DNA from: Ascidiella aspersa
Lineage: Eukaryota
Reading direction: 5' to 3'
DNA length: 64,000 bases
Assembly (NCBI GenBank): GCA_963924565.1
Contig: OZ004613.1
Span: 18,104,001 to 18,168,000 of the forward strand
The notes beneath the pieces were generated by a model. That model saw nothing but the letters and a program-made list of their open reading frames with translations. It was not told the origin of the DNA and did not search any database. This document shows, in pieces, positions 1 to 12,000 of the stretch. How positions within the stretch are numbered: the stretch's first letter is position 1; each line of letters begins with the position of its first letter. The position numbers and the translations under genes are program-made.

Positions 1-73
1 CGACTGAAGCTGTTCTTGATCCTCAGTGTGCTACTTATTTCAACGATAGCAATTTCTGTCGTTTTATGGCTTG
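1..73 (+). CDS. M13 peptidase exon: type II signal-anchor ([24 protein letters not shown])
   Basis: About 21 hydrophobic residues preceded by basic residues; donor G|GTGAGG in phase 1, matching the next exon. Confidence 0.75.
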
Positions 74-3000
74 GTGAGGATAAATAAATAATTAATAATG
101 TTGAAATCCAATATAGCAGACTGTTCCAGTTTAAAATAATATTAAGTTTAGACAAAGCAGGAAAACGTATAGCCTACCTAGGCTTGCCATTTTTTAGAAA
201 CGTAAATCCGAGACGCATATTGAAAACTGTAAATAAACTTAATGTAGACCTAATACAAAATAATTTAATACAACTAATTAACTTAACGGTGTTGCGGTTG
301 TTTTATATTTTGTCAGGGGTATTTTTCAGGACCCTATTTTTAAGTGCGGTTTGTCTAAGTACTTTAAATCGCAATAGGATGTAATGTTCCGTATTGTGAT
401 AAAATTAATCGGGTAATTCGTATTCCCCGGACCAAATCATTCTCAAGCATAGGTTAAACAAAATGTAAGATTCCATCAAGCTGGCCTCTTAAAACTATAC
501 TACATATTAAGTTGTACTTTGCGTCATTTGCTTTAGCCGCGTGTTTTTGCCGATGATTTAAAAAGATAATTTACCATTTTACTAAAGAGTAATGTTAAGG
601 ATAGAGTAATTTCCTGGCTTGAGTGCTAAATAGTGTGTAATGTGGTAAACATTTTAATTTTTTCTAAATAAAACATTTTAATTTCTCTAATCGTTAATTG
701 TTATACAGCATATATGAGTCACATTCTTTAGCCTGTGTGGAAGCAATATTTAAATCGGACGTGTTATAAATTAACGCATTTATCTTCGTGACTGTGAAAC
801 ATCGTAATTGTTCGTCTTCGCAAACAAAATTTTACATTTTGTTGAAACAAAATTGCAAATAATGTGGGCTTATTTGAAATAAAACGACTAAATACCCACG
901 GCTAAGCACGTCAAACATCTTATATGTAACGAAACCCAGTGACAAAAATTAATAGGGAACCACTCACTAACGTAAAACCTTAAGTTGTATAGCAGCCATG
1001 GTTCGCATTGCGTGATATCCAGCAAATACGTAATCGTGGAACCATACTGCGTCCAACGTAAGTAAAATCTCGTTTGAAACTGAAAATTGGTTACGATCAA
1101 AACCGCCGCTTTACATGCGATGTTTTGCCAACTCTACCTAAATTTTGCGCGATAACATACTTCAAGAAATTCTTAAACCTAAAAGTAATTAATTTTAATG
1201 AAGGCGATATACGTAATTTGATTTTTACTTCCACGCAGGTAATTGCTATTAAAGTTTTTTATAACAACGCAACAAAGTATGTAACCAAAAAGCAATTTAG
1301 GAAGCACTCACAAACGTAAAACCTTTAAGCAGATACGTAATCCCTATACCATATTGCGTCGAACGTAAGTAAAATCTTGTTTAAACTGAATATTGGTTAC
1401 TATTAACCGCCGCATTAAATTCGAAATTTTGCGAACTATACCTAAATTTTGCGCGGTGACAGACATCAAGAAGTTTTTAAACATTTAAGTCTTAAGTTGG
1501 AAACATTAAAACTTATTTATGACTTCAATTTGATTGTAATGCTGAAAACCCGCGACATTTATCGATCCAAAATTACTAACAAACATTAAACTTTAAGTTG
1601 TTGCGTAATAATCAAGCAAATAATGCCGGCACCACTGCGTCTTACGTGAAAAAAATCCTTGAAAACAAAAATTGCTTAAGGGTGACCGGTTTGCGAAGGC
1701 GCTCGCTTATTACCTTCATCGAAAATATATCTCTCAGCACCCGCCGGATAATATCCATTTACATTTTTTTACTCACCACACATGAAAACGAAATTACCGG
1801 TAGCCCCAGCAACCTCACCCCCAGAAAAATATTTCTTAACACCCGCTGGAAAAATAATTAATTTATGTTAAAAAAATTTGCTTGACAGCCTTACCAACCG
1901 AAAATGAAAAGTAAAAAGTATTTTTTATAGTTGTAAGAAAGAATTGCTAAGCGGGCTAACTCAAGAGTTTTTATATTTTTTAATGTTTTTTATAAATCTC
2001 ATAGTGAAAAATCCGGGACAAATTGGTTAACCGGCCGGGACACCGGGACAAGGCCTTAAAACCGGGACTGTCCCGGCTAAACCGGGACGTATGGCAAGCC
2101 TATGTATACCGCCACTTTGTTTTGTAAATAATTTGTCGTATATATTATTTCATTTAAGTTTTATTTTTCCTTAAAAACAATAAATGTCCAGTTAAATTTA
2201 TCACAACTTTTTCAATGAGAATTTAGGCTTGTTTTGCCCAAATAGATGATCCAATCTAGGAATTATTGAATTTAATTAAACCCGCGGGCAACCGGACCGC
2301 CAAGCAATTTAATCCAGCTCATGACTCATTTCAATAAAACTTTTAGGCTTTAAATTACACTTGAATACCATGAATACCTATTCCTACTCTAACCAGCTAA
2401 TCAAAATAAGGATAAAGGATATTTAAAACTTATTTTAAAAGTCACACTTTGTATTGTATAAAATAATGTAGTTCAGATCCGTTTTTTGACCAGGCCCTAC
2501 ACGACACTTTCTATAGTTACGTAATACAAAAACTTAAAAAAATAATGGCAATATGAAAAAGTACAAACCACAGACCGACGCCTAAAAAGTATAGAATAGA
2601 CATATAAGGATGCCAGATTGGCTTTTTTAACAACAAATTTCAAAAATCTGGCATTTTTTCAACGTGTTTGCTGTTAGAAAAATCATTTAGGCTTGTTTTT
2701 TGTGTTATTCTTATCGAGGCTAAAACTAAAAATATTGAGACTAGCCAAAACTAATTAAAATGCATATGTTTTTTGAAACCTTTCCTGCTTAATGGTGAAA
2801 AAAGCGGCCCAAATAGACGTTAAAAGCGACATGCTTTATTTTCAAACGTTTCGGCAAATTCTCATGCCATCATCAGTGATATGAAGGTCACATCGGTTGC
2901 ACCCGTTTATACACACCATGGTCGCACCAAGGAATGATAAGAATGATAAAAAAGTATCGACTAATGTTATTGGAATCAATTTCTATTCAACGCTATAAAC

Positions 3001-6000
3001 CGGAATTAAACGTTGATTTTAAGTCGGTTCCTCTGTATTTGTTCAATACTTAATTAACTTATTGCGTATTTTTGATGTGACGTACTGTCCTACTATTGTG
3101 TCTTTGTTTCTTTGCTTGTTATTGTATTGTATGTCGCAGTTGATCTGCACCTGTTTCATCAGACGCACACGCGCAGGTGGCTTACACCTCGCTCCTCGTT
3201 TTTGCTGCGCACCCTTTTTATCTATCTTTTTGCGACGCTTGTTTCGCACTTTTTTATCATTCCTTGGTGCGACCAAAGTGTGTATAAACGGGTGCAATCG
3301 ATGTGGCCTTCATATCACTGATGATGGCATGAGAATTTGCCGAAACGTTTGAAAATAAAGCATGTCGCTTTTAACGTCTATTTGGGCCGCTTTTTTCACC
3401 ATTAAACTTATGAACAGATCCGTATATAGTGTTTCCTGCTTAAATATCAAAATAATAAATCAGTTCATTATGAGATATTGTTTAAAAACATTGTTTGCAT
3501 GAATTTATTCTTTTGCACTTCGGGGTGAGAACTCTTGAACATCAAAAAGCATGACATTTTAGCCCATTGTTGAGTTAGATTTTGCAATAAAAATGTGCAT
3601 TTTTTATTGTGAACGTGCTATGTAAGTCATATGGCCACAGCACACTAGCTGTTTTGAACCTTATGAGATCTTGATATTAATTGCGATTTTTTCTCATACC
3701 AATCAACCATACAGTATATTTAAACGAAAAGTTAATGTGTATTGGATGTAAAACTACATATAATTGTTATTGAGTTTTTTCCAGGTTTTTACGTACAGTT
3801 CGGGTTTAAATTAAAATTTTGATCTGGCAACCCATACGGACCGTTAACAAACTCTGGGCACCGGTCCACTGTGTTAGAGGGTGAAAATTTAAACATGAAG
3901 TCACAAAGTTAGGTCTTGATATAGGTAACCTTTTACATAAAAAGATGGCGACAAAGCGTTGACAATTTGCGTTTATTATAAAAATAAATTAAAATTGGAA
4001 AAAATGTGACGACTTTAGCACGATATCAACATTCTGACATTTCTTGTTAGAATGGCATTTATCAATATGATTTAAAGATCGTTTTTAATAGGTTATTTTT
4101 TGGGCTCGATCCAGGTTTACTTTGGTTCATAACTATTCGGTTTGGGACTAATATTTACTAATATATATGTGATTGTTTTTTTCCAGAAAACCCTGACATG
4201 AAATCTTCAATAATAACTAAAGCGAAGTGTATATCATATGAATGTGAAAAGTCAGGTAAGATTTTTGGTAATATCTTTATAATGGAATGGATGTTTGCTT
4301 TGACTAATTAGGTAAAAAATAGACTAGAAGTTAGGTAAAAATTAGAATTTCGAAGAGCTATTTTCCGCAGAGATTCGACAAACTATACTATTGATCATGA
4401 AAATAGAAACAAATATGTTAGATTAAAAATATAGTCATGCGCCAGGCCCAGCATGTTGCTAAGCTATATATTTATCCATTTGGAGGCTACCGAGGTTAAG
4501 TTTACCTGTTCTACTGACCAAATCCAATGCAATGCCCAACAATCAGGAGATTCAAACCAAAGTCAGCAAGTTAGGGATAATACACATTCTAAGATATGAT
4601 ATATTGCAATAAACAAATTTATACCTTAAAAAAATAAAACATAGGTAAGGGGATTTTATTGTAAAATCAGCTGTACCGGTATAAAAAATATACAATTGTT
4701 TACTTTGGGTAAACTTTTTCTCTTACTGGCATAAGGGTTTGACATTTTTTTATATCTGATAGTCTAATAAACGTCGTTAAATCATCTAAGGGACGTATTA
4801 CAATGGAAAGATAAATTGGAAGATAAACCCATGTGATGACTTCTTCGAATTTGCGTGTGGTGCAGCAATCGCGGATAAAGCAACATTCGTCGGGAAACGT
4901 ATTGATGCATATGGTGTGGTTCGATTTCGTGTAGCATCTAATCTAAGAGGTAATTTTAAAAGCCATATACTGAAACAGCCACCAAACAAAAATATTAAAA
5001 ATGCAAATCAGATTTACTAGAAGAAAAGATTCAAAATGTGGACGGAGAAGCTGTAACCAAAGCTAAACACTTGTATGAGTCATGTATGGACACAGGTAGG
5101 CTAAATATTTGCTATATTTGATTAAATCTGGTGAAACATACCAATAGGCGCGGGTAGCACAGGAAAGGGATGAAAACTTTCCTTTATAAATTGGGGGGAG
5201 GGGGAGGGGTAGATTAAAGAATAAATATTAGTTCGACTACTAAACTATTAGTGTGTTAACATCAGTAATATATATATATACATATATTTAAGTTCCTAAT
5301 TTTATTTCGGTACTAGGGATTAATAGTGACCAACTGTTGGCATGTCACAAAAAATTGCATTAAAGCTATTATTTAAACCAATGGTTTCCAAATATTTTGT
5401 GATCGTGATTTCCTTTTTAGTTTATTTACGCGACTCTTGCCCTTGAATGTTTTTATCGTGATGCCGTTGCATATTTGGGCACAAGACTTATTTTATGGCG
5501 TCTTGATTTCTGGTTAGTCACCACAAATATTATTCACATGTCTTATTCGTGATTAAACCTAAACAGAATTTATTTCAACTTTCCGACATTTAATAACAAG
5601 ATAGCTCTTGAAACGGAAACTAATACGAGAGCAAATTTAACTTTAAAACTGAACCACAGGTGATTTTAACGTTATAATGTCACAATTGTTTTAAATTTGC
5701 GGATACGCCGCGTACAAATCAAACATCGAATGGCATCTTAGCGTTTTTTACACTATGTTAAAATCAAGGGCAACTTGGCAGATGGCATAAGAAAAAGGCA
5801 AATTCGCAACCTAACGAATATCATGTTTTGTGGATTTTCTAGTCCAGAGGTTCCCAACGTGGGCGGCACCGCCCCTTGTTCGCGTTGGAGAGTATAAAAA
5901 TAGTACAAACAACACTGTAAAATATGTAACATTTAAGCTTAATGGCAACTTTAGTAATGCAAACTTGTAGTAGTTTCTGGCGTAATAATTGGCTTTCTTG

Positions 6001-9000
6001 TGTAAGGGTGTTGGTTGTTTTTGCGTTTCATCGTTTTATACACGGCAAAATGTTTGTATATATAAAGCAGGGATCGGCAACCTACGGCCCGCGGGCCGGA
6101 TCCGCCAATGTAATTTATCCGGCCCGCCACCTCTTTGATAAACTAGACACGAGTCGATTTCAAATACTTTTACATTCGGTTTGTTTACGTTTTGATGCTG
6201 TCTTTTAAAATAGATCAGCGCTTCTTTACCGTTGCGCCATGGGAGGCTGCCAATTGCGTCGCGGACAAATGGTAAACGCATTCAAAAATATTGGTCATAT
6301 ATTTTTTAACATTTTTTTATTTTCGGATTTTAAAAGAAATGCCTGTATACCAACAAAAAATTGGGCTCGGTTCGCTCGCCGAGGGCACTCCAACTTAAAA
6401 ACAGTAACAAACACTGAACTAGATTAACTATTAAGGTTATCGCGTTTCCACAAAGTAATTCTATTCCTTTTTTTATTAGTAGTATGGATGACGACGTGTG
6501 GACTCGAATTTTAAACAAAACAAACACTTTTTTTGCGCTTTGCGCCAACACTTTACTGCCTCCTTAAACGTAATGTTTTTAGGTGAACAAAAATCCGGGG
6601 CCCATCTGATTTACAGTCTCCTGATTTCACAGAGAAAATTTTATTAACACAATTGTTAATTAAAATTTTTTACGGCCCGCATAGACCTTTTTGAGTTTGG
6701 TTTTGGCCCGCGACTAGCAAAAGATTGCCGACCCCTGATTTAAAGTCAGAAAGTTGAAATTTCCTGGTAATGACATAACCTGGTTAATTCATGTTTTACA
6801 GAAAAGGAAAAATGTAAAAAAATGTTTCGTTAAATAGTACTATACTGTAGTGACGTGCGGTGAGGTTCCTAGATGGTGAGGCACAAATTTTTTCCATTCA
6901 CGTTTTTCTTTAATAACCACAACACAAACACGGTATAGTAGGCCTACTAATAAAAAAATTTGAACTTTTTTTGTTTAGCTTTTACCATTGTATAAACTGC
7001 CTATCGAACACAAATAAATATGCTAGCAAACCGTTTCGAGAAGCAACTGACTGAGTGTTAACGCAATACATAAAAAACATTCAAAGAGCAAAAACAAAAT
7101 GACTTAAAAGCAGGTAGTCGAACCAGAACCGAACCGAAACTTTATGAACCGGTTTTGGGTCAATTTTATCCGAACCGTAACCGAACCCGAAACGGTTTTT
7201 ATAAGATTTTAAGGAGCCGAACCGGAACTGAACCGAATAATTTGAAAGTACCTGAACCTTAACCGAACCTGTAAATAAAAGCGGTTCGCTCCTGCATGAC
7301 GTCACAAGTTCTATTTTACAGAGTCAAGTTACGCCATATTCGAAATTTTATGAAAATATGTGAATATTGAATGAAAAAATCGTTGATTTTTTAGTTTTTA
7401 GATATTTCAATAATGAGCTGTTTTTTTAATACATCACTTAACTTAGATTAAATGACTTACAATTCAAACATTATTCTCTACATTTATCAACCCACATTTT
7501 GAGATTTAACGCAAACTATATTGTATCTGAACCGGAACTTTATGAACCGGTTTTGAAATAGCGATGGTCGAACCGGAGCTGAACCGGAACTTTTAAATTT
7601 CTCGGAACCGAAACCGGAACTGAACCGGATTCCGAAAAAATTCTTGAACCTGAACCGAACCTGAACCGGAAAAGTCAAACGGTTCGACTCCCTGCTTAAA
7701 AGTAGTAAAACTACATTAATATAGCAAACGTAATAATGACAACATCGTTTAGACGTAACAGTCCATGACAATTGAAGGTTAGGCATGTCTGTGTTGTGGT
7801 AGGCTACTGCTCATAAAAGCTACAAAACAAATTATTATTAAGAGTGCAACATTTATAAATTATTGGAGGGCCTATGGCCCCCCTGGCTACGCCCATGACA
7901 TCCACACAGTCACTATTTTTTTATCAATCTCTTTGAAAGTTGCGGGTTATTTCTTTTGTCCAGTCGTCTGATGCAAAACTTTTTAATTTGCAACAGGTCT
8001 GCCTTGATATGTGACTCTAACTTTAGAGCTTTACCCTATAAGATGTAAATGTACACGCACTATGCGGGAATTTAAGAACTCAAGCTGGACAAAGAAAGGT
8101 TTCATAGTTTGGACGTCACAATTGAGGCATGCCTCAAATCATAGCTAAATTGGTCATCATGTTTTCCGAGAGAATTCGCAAAAGAAAAAGGCACGCATAA
8201 TGCAGTGCGACATAATTTTTTGTGGCCCGCGAGCACTGTTAAAAAATTGGAATGCGTACCTTTAAGGCAGGGGTGGGCAACCTTTTTAACACAAGGGCCA
8301 GTTAAAAAATGTTCATATTTTCAGCTTTTACTAGAAAAACTAATGAGCTAATAGGATGCAACTACGGCAGTTTTGTCAGTGCTGTCTACTTGTGGATTCG
8401 GAACTAACTTTTCCTACAATTTAAATGAAGCCTTTCTCGTACGGATTGGCTCAGTACAATTTCGGCTCAGTACAAACAGCCTTAATTCGAAACCAGCTGT
8501 TAGACATAACATCTCAGTTAATATGCGTGGCAAAAGTCTGTTACACCTTGACCGTACCAGACAAGTGTAATTGTTGCAAAACAATTCTTTATCATAACAA
8601 CGTGACAAAAGTAAAACTTTTGAATGAAGATTGTTTTGTAATAGATGTTCGAGTTTAACTGTATTAGTGTAGCGGTGCAGCCTATGGGTTACATTGCACT
8701 TCAAACAGGAAACTGATAGAGCAAAAGTCCCAAGGTGAAGGGCCGCACAAAAAATGGAAAAGGGCCGCATGCGGCCCGCGGGACACACGTTGCCCACCCC
8801 TGCTTTAAGGGTTTAATCAAAGGAATATAAGTGACCAACGAACAGCAAGCATGTTCGAATTGTTTGGTTATGATTACATGTTTCCGGTTGCACCATTAAA
8901 TACACCAGTTAACTATCGCTCATTAAGTTCGGATTCAGGGGGTGTTAAGAACGCCTAATTTTTGGTATGTGGTAGACCGCTTTAAAAGTCGCAGTACGTC

Positions 9001-12000
9001 CTATATGGAACTGTTTTAAATGGCTGATTTGCGAACTTCTAAGTTATATTTCCGTTTTGTTTTTTCGTCTTTTTTTAATCAACAAAACATAAAAAGTACG
9101 ACTCTATATAAATTACTATTTTTGCAACTTTGAAGTAAATGAACGATATACTATATAGCGCTTCTGAAATTAATTGTTTTACAGGTTTTTACTGCGACTA
9201 AATGCTAACGCCCTGACCGTTTTCATGTTTGATCTAGTTAAAAAAACATTCTACGCTTATAAAATTCAGTCTTCTAAATTATAAGTTTTGTTAAATACGC
9301 AATTTTTTCGCGCTTCGCGCGCACCAAGTTTGACGGGAGCAGCAAGTTTATGAAACTTGTATGTCTTTCGACGTAACTTTTTCATGATGCTTTGTGGCGT
9401 CTTCTTTAAACATTCCATGCCCGACCAAACGAAAATCGTTCATCCGCCCCTGGAACGCATGTAGCACTTTATGTGGCCCGCGAAGAATATGCAAGAAATA
9501 TTGTGGCCCGCGATGCTGTCAACCTTGGACCACCCTGATGCAATGTATGGAAGTTTTGTGATCTGAAGAGAGGCACGGCTTGGCGCTGCCTCACTTCGCG
9601 TATTCAATGATTTTGACCGCGTGAACGCTTGATATGAATAACGCAACAGAAAGAGAAGAAAAAATAAAGCACGCTTTAGGTTAGAAACATAAAATTTGCG
9701 GTAGAGATATAACTGATATATCTTTTGCTTTGCCAGATGTTGCCAGACTGCACGTCCCTGCTATACTGTGTTTTAGGTGTGACGAGTAGACCTTCATGTA
9801 ATAGGGGTGACGATTAGGCCTACATTAACTGCACTTCAACAAAAGCGTGCAGAAAAGCAGACAGCTAAAAACATGTTGTTTATCGCCGTTAAACCTTAAG
9901 GGTGGCGATCTTTAAGGGAATTGACGAGTTCGCAGACAAAAAACTCTGAAAATCCTGATTAAACCATGTTGAAAAGATTTCTGCTGAACTCCTGTAATCC
10001 CATAAAAAATGGTGCAGCATTTGTTAACCATTTAGGTTCTTACTATTCGTGAAAATCCGAATTAGAAATCCTCCAAGACCTTGAATTACCAACCAATACA
10101 ATAACACTTAAACGACGCAGAAGCGTGGCATAAAAAAGTTTCGCAGAAAATTAGCATATTATAAAACATATGACCCATTTGTGCACTTTGTAAGGATAAG
10201 GTCGTGTTTGTGACCCGCGCAATTAAAAGGTTCGCCATCCCTGGCCCAAAAAATGGCTGACAGCTCATTGAGACGAAAGTGCAGACAGTATAATTTTAGA
10301 CAACGATTAATACGAAACTTTACTGTAAAGTGTGATGAGGGGACGATAGGAAATAATATGGAGCCCAAGGGCGCACTAGTGTAAAAAAAGTTCTTTTATG
10401 TCTTCATTATCATGAAACATTTCATCTGTGTCTTTTGGCCATTTCAAACAGTCTTGTATCCCGACTTGAGCTACATTCTTGTATTGTGTGTTTTATTTTA
10501 CTTCAGGCGGTTCAAGGTCCAGGACGACTCAAGACGATACGCACGCTCGTATCGACTTTTCTAAGTCTCTATTCACCCCAAAAATGTTCACGATTTGCTC
10601 TTAAATAGAAGCCATAAGACCGAGATAAGAACAACAACTACGTCAGAATAAAACACAATTCGGAATAAGGCCAAAATAGGACTAATACCTAATGGTATTT
10701 GTACCGTCTAAATCGGAATAAGTCCTAAACTATGGCGTCCAAACGTAGTCACCAAAACGGCCAGACCGATGGCCCCCGATCGTCCCATACCCTTTACCCA
10801 CGGGTTTGGGCGTTATTTTGGCCATTTAGGCCTTCTTCCGATGAATTTAGCCTTATTTCGAAGAATTTAGGCCTTATTCCGATTAATTTAGGCCGTGTTC
10901 CGATGAATTTGGGCCTTATTCCGATGAATTTAGGCCTTATTCTGACAGATTTAAGTCTTATTCAGACGAATTTGATCTTATTCTGTACTGGATATTACTG
11001 CGTATTTGGCTGTATTATGTCGTTGGTCTTAATACTATGGTTTTATAGATTTTTCTGCTTTAGGTATTGTTGCTATTTAGGTCTTTTGTGTGTTCCCGCT
11101 AGTATAGGTAATAGTACATGCACAACAAAATCAAATAAAAAAAAAACAAGTACAAACTTACTCAACAACATAAAAATTTATACCGTTATTGTCCCTATTT
11201 ACCCGCTAGTCCAGAATCATCTTGTTTTCCGGTACCAAGAGTAGGCCTGTCGTTTTTGAACGTTTCTTTCTTTTTTTTTTAGGCCAGCATTTCGTTTATG
11301 ACGTAACACTAGACATAGAATCCGAATAGTTAGTTAACACTAACAGCAAGTTAACGCAATTTCATTGCCAAGACAGAGATGTCAACCGCGCAGCGTATGC
11401 GACCGCTTGCGCGGTTTGGCCAAATTACTGCACAGCGCCGCGTAAATAAGTCTAAAGATTTTGCCGCGCCGTGCAGCATGACAAGGTTGTGTTTTTAGTT
11501 AATTGAAGTGAAATAGTAAGCAGTTTACACATGGATGTTTCATCACTAAAAAGTAGCTGTTATTCGTACTTTTATGTTTGAACTGCCTTTCTAGGTGTTT
11601 GTAATGGTGTTTTTAAGTGTTGGAATATATTGCTTATAGTGCTCAAATTTTGCGGTGCAGTGCAGCTTAAGATTGCGAAAATAATTTGCGGTGCAGCGCA
11701 GCTTGCGAACAACTTATCAAATTGCGGTGCGGGCATTGAACACAAATTTTATATTTTCACCATCTCTACAAGACAGTAAGCTTTAGCTTAGTTTAGTCTA
11801 CTTAAATACACTGCAAAACGAAAGCGATGTCATCTAATGCTAGCAAAAAACGAAAATCTGAAGATGAAAACAGAGGTTTTAAGTTCTGACGACAGGTTCC
11901 AGAGAGTAAATACCCACAACTAAAAAAAAACAGATAACGACTCATTTCTGTATTTAGCACGACGTATTGCCGTGAATCTTTATTCTCTGCAATACAGTTT

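Larger units (their letters stand above)
2791..3431 (+). mobile_element. 5'-truncated Penelope-like retroelement with inverted pLTR
   Basis: Inverted arms 2789-2955 and 3248-3405. The ORF tail [31 protein letters not shown] (2958-3053) is typical of the C-terminus of PLE GIY-YIG ORFs. There is a ~26-nt 3' tail and a direct flank repeat TTTCCTGCTTAA at 2781-2792 and 3432-3443. Confidence 0.85.
6848..9760. mobile_element. Non-autonomous hAT element hosting nested insertions
   Basis: TIR TAGTGACGTGC/GCACGTCCCTG; perfect 8-bp TSD CTATACTG (6840-6847, 9761-9768); partial sibling at about 22975-23250. Confidence 0.8.

Noticed and set aside
179-2102. Single 1.9-kb hAT element defined by TAGGCTTGCCAT inverted repeats
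   Set aside because: Flanking 8-mers (AGCCTACC vs TGTATACC) match poorly; could be ends of two independent copies.
3043-3352. Overlapping 69-96-aa ORFs
   Set aside because: They fall in the PLE 3' UTR/pLTR; the real coding remnant ends at the TAA at 3053.
4440-4580. tRNA-derived SINE-like segment (also about 32050-32250)
   Set aside because: Only a degenerate B-box-like motif, no cloverleaf and no second copy; no tRNA gene can be supported.
7081-7786. ORFs rich in FRFG/GSG
   Set aside because: Translation of GAACCG motifs in a TSD-flanked hAT MITE.
10821-10985. Possible CRISPR-like array
   Set aside because: Head-to-tail degenerate 21-mers with no unique spacers, no cas genes and a eukaryotic intron context.
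10732-11244. 170-aa ORF with NLGLIP heptad repeats
   Set aside because: Translation of the 21-bp subterminal tandem repeats of a multi-copy MITE; related copies do not keep the frame.
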